Assembly (NCBI GenBank): GCA_003990765.1
Contig: RBNJ01000144.1
Span: 1 to 39,398 of the forward strand
Reading direction: 5' to 3'
Length of the DNA: 39,398 nucleotides
From: Jimgerdemannia flammicorona
Lineage: Eukaryota
Shown here: positions 11,180-23,990 of the stretch, piece after piece
How positions within the stretch are numbered: position 1 is the stretch's first letter
How the letters are laid out: every line of letters begins with the position of its first letter
Notes under the pieces: generated by a model
Database searches by the model: none
Told to the model about the DNA's origin: nothing
The model's input: only the letters and a program-made list of their open reading frames with translations
Made by a program: the position numbers and the translations under genes

Positions 11180-13055
11180 AATATCTAGATAAGGCATCTG
11201 ATATTACAAGTATCTTACCAGGCTTATAGATGATTATTGGATTGAAGGTTTGAAGCTTAAGGCTCTACTTGGCTTATAGATATAATAGAGTAGATTGGGT
11301 ATTAATATATTTAAGTACTTGATGATTAGTAATGATCTCAAACTTAACATCTTCTAGATAGCATAACTAATGATCCAGAGTATATATTACTACTAGTAGC
11401 TCTTTCTTATGAGTAGCTAACTTTTACTTAGCTAAGGTCAACTTGTAGGACTCAAAGGCAATAAGGTAATGTTCTTTGTCATCATCTTGTGACAGGACTA
11501 CTCCAATGGTAAAATTTGATGTATTAATAATAATAATGAATTTCAAACTTGGATCTGTATTATGTAGGACTAGAGTATAGATCAGACAGTTCTTGAGTTC
11601 TTGAAAAGCTTATTGACAAAAGAGGTCCCAGATGTAAAGTACATAATGATCAGAGTTAGGTACCTTTCTCATAAGGTTAGTCAGTAGCTCAGCAATATCA
11701 GAGAGTTTCTGATAAAGCAGTAGTAGTAGTCAGCTAGACCAAGAAAGAACCAGAGTTCTGTGAGGTTTGATAGGATAGACTATTCTTGAATTACCTCTAT
11801 CTTGTGCAGGTCTACTTGAATTTCTTATACAGAGACAATATGGCCAAGATATTCAACTTGTTCTTTGAAGAATTTATACTTCTTGAGCTTTGCATAAAGC
11901 TTATATTTTTACAAGATCTCTAGAACTATTCAGATATACTTAAGATATTTTTCTTTAGTTGCACTAAGATCAGGATATCATTAAGATATATCAACAAGAA
12001 GATGAATAGTTAGTTCTTGAATATCTTGTTTATGAGTCTTTAGAATGTGATGGGTATATTGATAAGACCAAATGCTAGAACTAGAAATTTATAGAGTCTA
12101 AAGAGAGTCATAAATATGGTCTTAAAGATGTCTTCTGGCTTGATTCAGATTTGGTAGTATCCTAACATGAGATTCAACTTGGTTAAGTACTTGGTATTCT
12201 TGAGAGCATCAAAAATTTGATCAATCAAGAGTAGTGGGTATTAGTTCTTAACTATAAGCTTATTGAGTGTATGATAGTCTATACATATTTATAGAGTACT
12301 ATTCTTCTTCTTGATAAATAGGACTAGTGAGCCATAGAGAGATTTTCTTGGTTGAATGACTCCTCATATGAGTAGTTCTTCTAGTTTTTTCTTGACTACT
12401 TTAATTTTGAGTAGTGATATGCAGTATAGATATATATTTCTTGAGTAATATAGCTCCTAGAGTCAGTTCAATTTTATGATCAACTTCTTGTATAGGTGGT
12501 AGACCAGATAGCTTATCTAGGAAGACATTCTTGAATTCTTCAAGTAATAACTTAATGCTTTTATTGATTGACAGCTTATTGTTTTGTTTCTTGGAACAGA
12601 CTATTATAACAAAGGTATGCACTACTTTCTTGAGTACTTTTTTATACTATATTACTGATGGTATTACAACTGAGGTCTTGTTTGCAGGCTTGTCTGTCTT
12701 GATAGTAATATTGACTCCTTCTTGAAGTAAAGTAACTTTATTCTTATATCAATCAATATTTGAGTTTGTTTGATGAGTCAGGGTTTTCCTAGGATCAGGT
12801 TATAGTCTCTTAGTAATATAACCTCAAAGTCTACTTGTTCTCAATATTTCTAATCTTAATAGATAGTTTGGTAGAAATTGACTCAATAGAATATAGTATA
12901 CTATCTGCAGTAACTATAATATCATTCTTAGATATAGACTTGGTAAAAATCTTGAGGTTTTCAATGAGATTCTGATTGATGAAGTTTTCTATAGCTCTGT
13001 TGTCTATGAGCACTTGAACTTCTTTTTCCTTGACTAGAACTTTGAAAATGAACAT
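11180..13055 (-). pseudogene. Gypsy aspartic protease, reverse transcriptase and RNase H
   Basis: Protease VLIDNRAIENFI (LIDSGA-like) and LILGKP*; RT YLNDILI (YLDD) at ~11969-11989; RNase H SNFTIGVVLSQ and DALSR (~11184-11200). Confidence 0.92.
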
Positions 13056-13089
13056 AGCTTGAGCTCTATTTTCAGTGAGACTTACTATT

Positions 13090-13512
13090 GGATCAGTACT
13101 ACCAAAACCTTTCTGATCTCACTTAGTTTCAGATAGTTCTTAGACTTCTATAATCTTGGGTTAACTGGCTTTTTCTAGGATCATTTGTATGACTCAGTCT
13201 CCTTCTTTAACTATATAGTCTTGATCCTTATAGTTAACAAGTAAGACTTGAACTTGTTCTTAGTAGTCTAGGTCAATAATATCAGTATCAATATCTAAAT
13301 GATATTTGATACTGAGTTCTGATCATAGTGTAATTCTGGTATAATATGTATTCTTCAGGACATTGGATAGTAATTCCAGTAGGTACCAGAGTTCAGTCTT
13401 TAGCTGGAATTGTGACTTATTTGATAAAGTATAGATCAAGACCAATGATTTCTTCTGATTGATATTGAGGGATCTGAGTCTTCAAATAAAGCTTCTTAAT
13501 CTTGAGTTCAGG
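13090..13512 (-). pseudogene. dUTPase domain inside the retrotransposon polyprotein
   Basis: All five trimeric dUTPase motifs in mutated form: IGLDLY (AGxDL), RITL*SEL (RIAPRSGL), DIIDLDY*E (GVIDxDYRG), GD*VIQM (GDRIAQ), *DQKGFGSTD (RGxxGFGSTG); also LVPTGI; one frameshift. Confidence 0.9.
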
Positions 13513-14492
13513 TTAACTGATGGTAGAGTTGACTGGTATATCTTTGGACAATACAGTAACTGGTCTTGAGAGTTTGCTAGTCTTCTTAGGACATTTGGTT
13601 GCAATATATCCTATTTGGCAACAGAAGAAATAAGCTCCAGATTTCTTCAGATAGTCTTTCTCATCTGAAATAAGCTTGTTATTTTTCTTATTTATGGCAT
13701 CTAGATCCATTGGTGCTGGGTTAACTGCTTTGGGTTAGTTCTTGTGATAGTTCTCAAAGTAGTTCTTCTTACAGTATCATTGTTCAAAGTGGTTACCAAA
13801 GATAATAACATCAAACCTATCAGTAATTCTCATGGTTTTATTGAGGGTCTGTAGCTCTTCTAGCTTAACCTTGACTTATATATTTCTTTTTAGGCCTTAG
13901 ATATAGTGGTCTATCTTTTTATTTTCAGATATTGCTAATAGTTTAAATAGAATTAACAGGAATTGTGTATTATAACTTTGTACAGACTTGAGTTACTTGA
14001 TGTTTGCTAGCTTATCTCAGGCTAGCTTAGTAGCATTAACAGGCTAGAACTACTGGTGGAGGACCTTCTTGAAAGATTTCAAGTCTTGGATTCTTGTATT
14101 CAAGTATATGGAAGTAGTCATAATATGATTGTGTCACCAGATGGCTGCATTCTCTCAGAGAAGTGTGACAGCAAATTGAACTTATATATCTTCTTCTATT
14201 CTTATAAGTTCAAAGTATTGGTCTATTTGGAAGGTCCATATATCTATAGTCAGTTCTCCTCAATGACCATTAAAGGTGTCTAGCTTGAGTAGCTTGAAAC
14301 TAACTGGTATAGTAATAGGGTGTAATGCAGCTATAGTCTTGATCTTCTGATATTCTAGTTGTACTTGAAGTTATTAGATTTGGTGGGCCATAGTAGTAAT
14401 CATATCCTCTAGATTAACTTGTGGTTTGGCACTATCTGCTTTTTCTATAGCAGAGTAGACTAGTTCTCCAGTATGGCTCATTTTGGACTCAT
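13513..14492 (-). pseudogene. Gypsy gag with zinc knuckle
   Basis: KLDTFNGH (KPDTF-like), A*DKLANIK*LKSVQSY, PAPMDLDAI, YFFCCQIGYIATKC (mutated CX2CX4HX4C). Confidence 0.88.
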
Positions 14493-14545
14493 GTAATGAG
14501 TTGTGACTGATTTCTGAATTTGTATAAGATTTCTTAATAAGGCAT

Positions 14546-14560
14546 ACTACTGCTACTAAG
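14546..14560 (-). other. Putative primer-binding site (tRNA-iMet type)
   Basis: Minus strand reads CTTAGTAGCAG just inside the 5' LTR, equal to TGGTAGCAG with one G>A. Confidence 0.5.
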
Positions 14561-14932
14561 TATAATGATTCTAGTTTCTTTAAGAGGAAGCAGTTCTGGA
14601 AGTTCTAGTAGACCTAAAGTAGCTCAAAGAGATATTTATTAATTTAAGTATTCTCAAAGAAATTCTGGGAGAAAATATTCTGAGCTTTATTCAAGTAGAG
14701 AACAAGGATATTTATACAGGATCTGAAAGAAAGATCTGGAAGGATCTCAGAAAAGAAGAGAAAAGTCAAGAAATAAGTTCTTGGCAAAGATGACTAATAA
14801 TATTTTACAATGTTTTAAAAAGTTCTATGACTAGCCAAGATATGAGACTTGGTATTAAGAAAAGATAAAAAAAGTCTAGTAAAAAGATGTAAAAAAGTAC
14901 TAAGACTAATATATAACTATAAAATTATTATA
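14561..14932 (-). repeat. 5' LTR (372 bp; ~90-bp internal deletion relative to the 3' LTR)
   Basis: Direct repeat of 3133-3599, followed by TSD GAGAA. Confidence 0.93.
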
Positions 14933-15667
14933 GAGAAGACTCAGGAGAGAAAGAGGCAGAGAGACTTGCTGACTAGAATGAAGACATTACTGGTGGCTGA
15001 ATTGGAGGAGTTCAGGAGAAGTACTAGAGAGTATCTGGACTACTAGTAGTATAGAGAGATGAGTGGAGGGTGTGGGAGTGAGTAAGGAAATAAGAGATCA
15101 GCAGCTCTATATTGATGGTATACTTGAAGTATGAGAGAAGAAGGTGAGTAAAGTGAGGGCTATAGCTTCTGAGTGGAGAATTGGTGAAGATATCAAGATG
15201 AAGAGCACTCACAGGGTTCAGTTTAGAGTTCCTGATATAGTGAAAGGGGGCCAGATAGTTGGCATCAAGGTGGATGAGTTGGTCAATATTCAAAAGAAGA
15301 CATATGATAAGTCTGCAAGTACTGGAGCTGATACTACAATATTGAATACAGAGTAGCCTAATACTCTTGAGGGGAAAAATATTGGCAACTTATGATAGAT
15401 ATGCATAATAATGTACAATCTGGTGACAGAGAAGTTGGGTGAGGTAGACTTGAGAGTAATCAGTGAAGAGTACTGAGAGAGAGTCCTGTGAGAGAATAGT
15501 ATAGTGGAAGCTCTGAAGGCTAAGATGTTGGCAGTATATCTGAAGAAGGAGAGTTATGAGATAGATACTGCAAGGAAGGCAGAATTAGCTACAGCTACTG
15601 GAAAATAGACTATCTTTTGGTGGAAGAAGTAAGATAGATTACTGCTTTAGTGAGAGACATATCTGGT

Positions 15668-16170
15668 GGGATGTTTTGGAGTTATATTGCAGACTGGCTA
15701 GGGCTGCAAGCCCTGGAGGGAGGGAAAGGGGGAAGATGGGGAGAGCTCTGCCAAAGGCTGGTAGGAGGGGTTGGGGATGAATGGCTGACCCTCCGTTGGG
15801 CTTTGGCCATATAGATTGGGATGGCTGGACATTGGGTACATATATTTGAGGGAGGCCAGGGGGTTAGGATTGGGGATAGGGTGGTGTATTGGGAATGGTT
15901 ATTACTGGATATTTTGAATGATTAGTGGTGAGGGTGGAGACCAGGTGGGGGGAGTCACAGGGGTTTGGTATAGGGTATCTCCTGAAAAAGTGGCAGAAGG
16001 GTTCAGGTGGTAGGCAACTGGGTTATCCTCTGGTAGGGGAGAACAGAGAGTGGAGGAGTGGATCTGAGGGATATCAGTTGAGGGGATGGAGTAATATTGT
16101 ATTACTATTATTATAGATAGCAATAATAAAGGGAAGTCTAAGTGACTTTAAAAAAAAAAAAAAAAAAAAA
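15668..16170 (+). mobile_element. 5'-truncated LINE insertion (~500 bp)
   Basis: 16-bp TSD GAGAGA(C/T)ATATCTGGT at 15652-15667 and 16171-16186; AATAAA, AGTCTAAGTGACT, A21 tail. Confidence 0.9.
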
Positions 16171-17778
16171 GAGAGATATATCTGGTATATAAGAAAGAGA
16201 TAGAGGAGAAGGATAATGAGGTATTGATTGAGCTTCTGATTGGACTAGAGACTAAGAGGGTTGAGGATGAGGAGGTTATTACAGAATGTGGGCTAGACTT
16301 GGCCCAGAAGAAGATAAGTGTAGAGCTTTGAAGAGGCTGAGACTCTTATACTATTTTTCTTTATAAATAGTACAATTAATATTTTCTCATAAATGTGAAT
16401 AATCTGAGGAACTCCAGAAGATGTCAGAATATTTTTACTTGGCTGAAGGGACTGGATGTAGATCTTTTTCTATTGCAGAATATATAGTAGGAGAAGAACT
16501 TAGATAGACAGAAGTGGATGAGAGAGTGGAGTAGTATAGCTGTTTAGAGAAATAAGATTAGAATTCTGGTATGATGTAGCAAAGGTGAACTTTATAAAGT
16601 TAGAGGCTGGGGTGACTGATTGGTCTGAAGGGAGTGGCAAAGACCAGAGTAGGAGGCTGTTATCATTGACATATATTACTATTTGACAGATGAGGCAATC
16701 AAATTATATAGTTGGATAGACTTCTTGATAGTAGTGTGCTGGCTGAGGCAGGGGTTGACATACTTGAGAGAGACTTCAATATGGTCAGAGATATGGTGTT
16801 GGATAGGACTGATTAGGAGAGAAGTATTAGAAACTGCAGTAGAGATCTGAAGCTTTAGGAGAAAGTAGAGAGGCTCAGCTCTTTGATAAATGCTAAAAGG
16901 GTAATATGGGGTGACTACTGAATTTATATTCATTGGGTGAATGGGCTTGAAATGAGAATTGACTGGATGCTGACAGCTGATTGCTGGGAGTTAGGTATTT
17001 GGAAGAATTTGGAGATCAAGTAGTACTTATAATCAGACCATTGGAGTTTATTAGAGCATGGTTGATTTGGAGAGAGTGAGAATGAACCTAGATATTAGTG
17101 ACTCAATTCCTTCTTACTGGCTGAGAAGGGGTTGTAGAATACTTAGATTAGAGATATTGGGTTATAGATAGATTATTAGAACCATAAGAGACTCTTAATA
17201 GAGTGAGAATAAAAGAAGCTACTAGGGTATACTATATGTATCTTTAATCTTGAAGTATAAATAGTAGTCAAGAATTAGATTGATTCAGATTAATACTATA
17301 CTACTCCAACCTAAACATCACTTTACTATTAAGTAAAAATCTACTATATAAACTTAATAATTAGATTAGAATAAAAATAGTTAGACTCACTTCTACAGGC
17401 TTCAGAACTAGAAATCCTTTTTGAAAGACCAAGTCAGTACTATAATATCCAGACTCACTAAGATAGTAATTTCAAGAAAGACCTAAGAGAGTACCAATCT
17501 GACAACAGTTAATAAGAAACTGTAGGTCTAGAAATATTTCAACCAGTTACTTCTAGTAACTAAAAGAGCCAAGAACTCCAGATATCTGAATAAGATCAGC
17601 TATCAGTTTAGATATTTAAACTACTCAATCTTATAAATATATTTGATCTTCTTTCTAGGAACCAAGTAACCTCTAGTCATACAGTATCTCAACTATATTA
17701 AGTAGAACCCTCATCAGAAGAGTCAACTCTTACAGTACTACTACTAATAACTATAATAACTAATAGTCAGATCTAAGT

Positions 17779-20700
17779 AATCACATTTTTCTCTATTATA
17801 ATTTACATTATACAAACTTTTAAAATACTTTCTATATAGTTTTTGGAGAAAAAATATTAATATTATATTAATATATATAAGTTCTGATAGATATGCTAAG
17901 TTGGGTAGATCTGGAGTCTTTAGCTAGAAGAGGTTACAGTCTGGAGATGGGCTTTTTCAGTAGTAATAGTGAAAGAGAGAATCTAGTAGGAGTCAACTAT
18001 CTAGCTTAGATGATGGGAGGTAGTGACTGATGAGCTTTGCTAATAAGATAAAGGTGGGTGGTTGGTCTGAAGATACTTGAGATAGTAAGCTTAGGAAGAA
18101 GAGTAAGACAAGTACTGAGAGGGCTGAAGGGTCAATGCAAGATGAGGTAGGTATAGAGACTGAGGGAGATATTGCTGGAGGCTGGAGTATGATTATTATG
18201 ATAGAGTTAGGGTAGATCTAAAAAAAAATCCAGATGTAACTGCTGATGATAAGGCTGAGCAGACAGAGTATACAGAAAAAGGAGACTTAGTAGATAGTGT
18301 GATGAGCCTAGTAGTAACTTCATTACTCAAGAAGTTAATTTCAGAATTTATAATTACTTTATATTTCTAGAGGCTAATAGTGATAACCAAGATAATCTTG
18401 GGTCTGATTATGAACCAGATAACTAAAACAGCCTTGGTGAAGTTTCTGTGAGAGTTGAAGAGAGTTGAGATAAGGTTTGAGAAGATAGGACTATTGGAGG
18501 AGGTCTTGAGAACTTGGTTATTAGTTAGTAAAGTGGTGGTACTAATGACTTAGTATCTGAGGTGAGATTCTAGAGTAGTATAACTTCTAGTAAAGAGATA
18601 TCTATAGTAATAATTATTGAGATGAGGAAGAGGGTAGAGGAGATAATGAGAGAGTTTTGCAAAATAGTAGATATTGAATTTTAGATATAGGAGGGGACTT
18701 TGTTCTGGACAAGAGATATAGATATATAGCTCTGGCTTATAGGAAAGGAGATTACCAGAAAGACTAGAGACTAACCTTCAGTACTGATATAGGGTGCCTT
18801 TATTTGTAAAGTAATGAAGATGAAAGAAAGTAAAAAAGAGGAGAAGAATTTACTAAAGGCTCCGGAGAAACTCAGTGGAGAAGTAGAGTGTCAAGTAGAG
18901 ATGTGGTGAGCTTACATAGTATTGACACATTTAGAGATAGTGAATGGCAAGCAGATTCATATAGACAAGATGATGTAAGAGAAGACTTAGGAGAAGAAGA
19001 GGCAGAGGGATCTACTGATGAGTTTGAAGGAGAGGACAACAACTGGAGCTGAGGAGAGTTGTAAAGACAAGTAATTGGGCTAGAGATAGATTGAGAGAGA
19101 AGAAGAAGAATATGATAGAGAGTAAGGAGGCAAGGAGTCAGTAGCTCTATAATAATAATATGCTCAAGGTCTAAAAGAAGGAGAAGAATTATATAGTGAG
19201 ACCCAATGCTCAGAAAAGGAGAGTTATAGATATAGAGATAAGAGATATATATAGGTTCTAGTTTGGAGTACCAGATATAGCTAAGAGAGAACAGATAATT
19301 AGAGTGAAGGAAGATGAGCTATATGATATTCTCAAGAAGGAGTGAGATGAGTCTACTAGTACTGATACTGATACTATACTACTGATAGAGGAGAGGTTTA
19401 CAACTTTAGGTAAAAAATATATTGATGATATTTGATAGATGAGTATAATGATAAATAAGTTGGCTGCTGAGAAGCTGGGAGAGGTGAATTTACATATTGT
19501 CAGTAAGAAGTTCTAGATAAGGGTATTGAGAAGTAATGGGGTAGTAGAGAAGCTGAAGGCTGAAGTTTTGGCTGTATTTTTAGAAGAGAAAGATTATGAG
19601 ATAGATGTGATAAGAGAGATTGAATTAGCAGTAGTTGCTGGAGAGTATGCTGCTTTCTGATAAAAGCAGAGATATAGATTACAGCTCTGGCAGATAGTAT
19701 ATGAGAAGTATAAGGAGGAGATAAAGGCTAAGAATAATAAAGAGATTACTGAGATTGGATACTAAAAAGATTGAGGATAGTACTCTTAATGAGTTTAAAT
19801 TGGACCTTTGATTCAATTTAAATTCGAAATTTAATCATATTAAAAATCCCCAATTTAATTTAATTCAAATTAATTTCATTTATTTAGGAGTACTGGTTGA
19901 GGAGAAGAAAGTAATTGCAGAGCATAGTCTAGACTTGGCTTGAGAGAAGATGAGTATAGAACTATAAAGGAGATAGAACTGCAATATAACAAATTTTTTT
20001 TATAAACAGTATAACTAACATTTTCTCATTAAATATGAATGGTCTGTAGGGCTCTGTGAGATATTAAAATATTTTTGCTTAACTAAAGGGTTTGAAGGCA
20101 GATCTTTTTCTACTGTAGAATATATATATACTATAAGAAGAAATTAGATAGACAGGTATAGAATTCTGGTATGGAGAAGTAAGAGAGAACTATATAAGAT
20201 TGAGAGATGAAGGAACTACTTGATATAGAGAGAGTGGTAAAGGCCAGAGTGGAATCCAGTAGTAGTAGATTCTTATTATTACTAGGCAGTTAGGAGTAAC
20301 TAAGTAGAGTAACTAGAGAAACTTCATGAGTATGGTATACTTGCTGAAGCTGGTATAGATATACTGAGTAGAAACTTTAATATAGTGTAGAATATACTAT
20401 TAGACAGGACTGATAGAGAGTGATATATAGTAGACTATAGTGGCAGTCTGAATGTTTGAGAGGAAGTAAAGTATCTAAGTTTATTGATAGATACAAGTAG
20501 AATGATATAGAGTGACCAGAGAGTTTATACTCATTAGGTGAATGAACTTGGAATAAGAATTGACTAGATGCTGACTGCTGACTACTAGAGGTTAGATGTC
20601 TGAGTGACTTTGGAGATAGAGTAGTATCTAGATAGTGATTGGAATTCTGAGAATCTTGGACCAGTTGAGCTCAAGGTAGGGACAGTTATAGAGTGAGGAG

Positions 20701-23137
20701 AAAGGTGGAGAAGATGTCCTGGACATTGAACAACATCTGGAGGATTGATATCCAGACCCAGCAGAGGGTCTTGGGGATCTTAGAGTTCCTTAGAACTGCT
20801 TCTAGAGAGGATGGACTATCTTAAGATTTCTGGAAGAAGATGACTAGTGTAGAGTTAGCATTAGAGGAGATGGTGGGGATGTATAATGAGGTTATTGGAT
20901 CAGGAGAGTAGATTGAAGAACAGTATCTAGGACTGATAGCTCTACTGTATAAAAATAAGAGGAGACAAAAGAAGTGGAAGAACTGGAGACTGATCATGCT
21001 TTTAGATATAGATCACAAGCTGGTTATGAAGATATTGATGGCTAGGCTACAAAGAGTGGTGCAGCAAGTACTGGGGATGAAACAGAAGAGTTTTGTCAGA
21101 GAATAATTGATAAGAGATAGGACTGCTTGGATATATAGAGTTATTGAAAGAGCATGGACTACAGGGGTAGATGGTCAGCTAGTTTTTCTGAACCAAGAGA
21201 AGGTATATGATAGGGTCTAGTAAGTTTGGCTAGTAGGGGTATTGAAGCAGATGAGAGTTCCCCCAGAGTTCAGATGATCATTAATAGGGCTGTTGGAGGG
21301 AAATTGGGTAGTAATATTAGTAAATAGTCATAGGGGAGTTTTATTCCCCTGGACAGAGGAGTGCCACAAGGGGATTCACTGTTACCAATTCTCTATACTC
21401 TCTCTCTGGAGCCTCTGTTGGATATGATTTAGTATAAGATAGGGGGGTTAAATATTCTTGGAGTGAATTGGAAGGTAGGAGCCTTTGCTGATAATATGTA
21501 GTTAGGCTGGACTCTATAGAAAACATGGCTACACTGAAGAAAGCTGTAAAATGATATGAGGGATGCTCTAGTACTAAGCTTAACTGGTACAAGTATAAGA
21601 CACTAGTGTTAAGAGGAGAAATAGTAGAGAGAGATATGATTGAAACAGTTATTTTAATAAAAGAGGCAGTATGTTATCTGGGAATTTACTTCTCAGTATA
21701 TAGATCTCTACTGCCTTGAGAATGGTAGGAGTGGTAGTTAGTGGAGAGAGAGAATACTCTTCTGAGGTGGGGTGACTGATATATCTCTCTAGTAGAGAGA
21801 GTGATGGTACTGAATATATACTGGCTACCCAAGTTGTGATATCTAGAGTACTACTTGGATTTCTCAGTATAGATGATCAAGAGGCTGTTGAAGATGGTCA
21901 GAACCTAGATATAAGTAGGACAGAGGAGTCAGATAGGCTTGGAGATAATAACATAGCCAGTGGATCAGAGAGGGCTAGGTCTTATAGACTTTATTAAGTG
22001 TTTATATTACTTGAGAGTATAGTGGTTGAAGCAAGCTAGTGAGTTGAGAGGCCATAAGTAGATACTCCTTATATAGAGAATATGGGAGGTGTGGTTCTCT
22101 CTCTGAGGCATATTTAGTGATCTGCTCTCTCTAGTGGCTCTGGAGGAGAGCCAGAAGATGTACTTTAAAGACTTCTAGTGGGGAGTGGTTGATAGTATAC
22201 AGTGAATTAGCATCAGATGAAGACAATGAGAGAGAGGCTGTCTGGAGATCCAGAATGTAGAGGTGGAACTGTCTTCTGCTAGGGGGTATACTGGTGAATA
22301 ACTTCAGCTTAGAGGATAGTATAGAATATCTTCAAGAGCATGGGCAGGATCTGTGACCTATAGCATAGTAAGGAGTGGAGATCAGTGAGAAGTCAGACTG
22401 GAATGAAGTATGGTTATAGAGCAAGCAGATGGTATGATAGATCTCCCTTAAGTTCTGAATAGTATAGTGGAGACTTTTGTAGTAACATATAATATTGAAC
22501 TATTGATCAGGATATTTGGTGAATGGGGGAGTATTGGAGTGTGAAGAGTACTTCAATATCAGATAGAGAGGAGTAGTGCAAACTCTGAAGTATTAATTGG
22601 AGGAGTATAAGGTAATGTGGAACTTTTGGAAGATAATTGAGAGTCTTTTGGGAGTCTGTCCACTAGGGCTTATTGTGGGAGAGAGGTAGAGAGATTTATA
22701 GAGAAGGCTGGTGAGAGAGGTTGGGAATGAGTAGTTAACCATTAGGTGGATACTAGTTATTTGAATTGGACTTACTAGATATTAGCTATATGTATTTGAA
22801 GATAGATAGTAGTTGGCACTTAGACTATAAATTGCAAGATGAGAGTAATTAGGGTTGGATCTATTGAATGGCTGATAAAAGAGTGGGGACCTAGAGGGGG
22901 GCCCCATAAGAGGCTGGTAGAAAAATCTGCAAGCAGAGTAGAGAGAGAATTGGAGTAGCTGAGTGGGTTGTAACTTTCTGGAGAGATAGAGAGAGAGAGA
23001 GAGAGGAGAGAGAGGGGTGGGGGGGTGAAGCCCCTCAGGAGATTGGATGAGAGAGGGGCCTGTATTAGTATAACATAGATTGGTAATAAGGATAATAAAG
23101 TAGAAGTCCAAGTGACTATAAAAAAAAAAAAAAAAAA
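17779..23137 (+). mobile_element. Degenerate near-full-length LINE copy B2 (internal deletion near 20630)
   Basis: RT relics KNWRLIMLL (~20977), FLNQEKVYDRV (~21185), GVPQGDSLLP (~21358), AFADN (~21481), YWLPKL (~21819); 3' motif plus A18 (23120-23137); no TSD found. Confidence 0.9.
19778..19895. mobile_element. 118-bp hAT-like MITE inserted in LINE B2
   Basis: 8-bp TSD ATTGAGGA/GTTGAGGA (19770-19777, 19896-19903); termini TAGTACTC...GAGTACTG; absent at the homologous site of copy B1 (~16260). Confidence 0.85.
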
Positions 23138-23990
23138 TGTGAAATTTATAAGTAATTTTGGACAAGTACTCTTCAAAAGTCTAGGAGTACAACTTAAGAT
23201 ATCTACTATATATCATTCAGACAGATAGCTAAACAGGAAGAATCAACTAAACTCTAAAGTAAATGCTTAATATCAACTATAGCTATAAGCAGAATAATTA
23301 GAATAAAAACTAATCTTAACTAAATTTATATATAATAATAGTATGTATACTAAAATAACTTCATTCTATCTGAACTATAGATAATACTCTCAGATCTCTA
23401 TAACTATTATATAAGCTATAATATGTATCAGCTATATAAGAAATTACCAATACTATATAAGATAATATCTAGAAAGTACATGATACTCTTATAGAAGTAT
23501 AAAGAATATAAGCTATATATACTGATTAAAATAGAAAAGAAGTTACTTATAAAAAAGATAAATATATATTACTCAATATATAATATCTGATCCTAGATAA
23601 TATTAAGACTAAAAAAGAAACACAGACTCTACTATATTAGACAATTTAAGATCTTAGAAATATATAGTTCTATTGTATATAAGTTGGACCTTTCAGTAAT
23701 CTTAGAGAGAATTTATCTGGTATTTTATATATTCTAACTTCTGCTATATACTCTAAATATCTTTGAAGGAAGAACTATACTACTCTTAGATCTGATTATT
23801 ATTAATCAGAAATTAGAATACAAAGTAATTATATCTTAAATTATAAGAATTGATAATTTAGACAAGCTACTAAGTTCACTCAGTACTATCTTGTAAAATG
23901 AAAAAAATTATCTTAAATATAATATTACTTGAAAAAAAGAATATAATCTCTTATCAAATATAGAAGAAGTAGTAATCTGATAAATATATA
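23138..23990 (+). mobile_element. Relic of a second chromovirus: integrase core to chromodomain
   Basis: KFISNFGQVLFKSLGVQLKISTIYH..TD.*T..INQTL-like; IRQFKILE (GPF region, ~23636); YKLDL...IYLVFYI; YYLVK*K (~23884). Confidence 0.75.

Larger units (their letters stand above)
3133..14932 (-). mobile_element. Full-length Ty3/gypsy LTR retrotransposon (chromovirus), gag-dUTPase-PR-RT-RH-INT-chromodomain, heavily mutated, split by a LINE at 5275-11096
   Basis: Paired LTRs; 5-bp TSD GAGAA at 3128-3132 and 14933-14937; polypurine tract at 3600-3615; domain motifs in gypsy order on the minus strand. Confidence 0.95.
1922..17170 (+). mobile_element. Old degenerate LINE copy B1 in three pieces: 1922-3132, 14938-15667, 16187-~17170 (ORF1 and start of ORF2 endonuclease; 3'-truncated)
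   Basis: Collinear with the copy at 17779-23137 once insertions are removed (TAGACAAGAT..GAGAA|GACTCAGGAGA matches 18961-19000); ORF1 relic DLVVVPLFKKLI is homologous to ELVVHPFFHKSV of the young copy; endonuclease start (FS.NVNNL) at ~16383. Confidence 0.8.

Noticed and set aside
17180-17775. AT-rich interval between LINE copies (likewise 24000-25100)
   Set aside because: Probably TE relics, but no motif or terminus could be assigned
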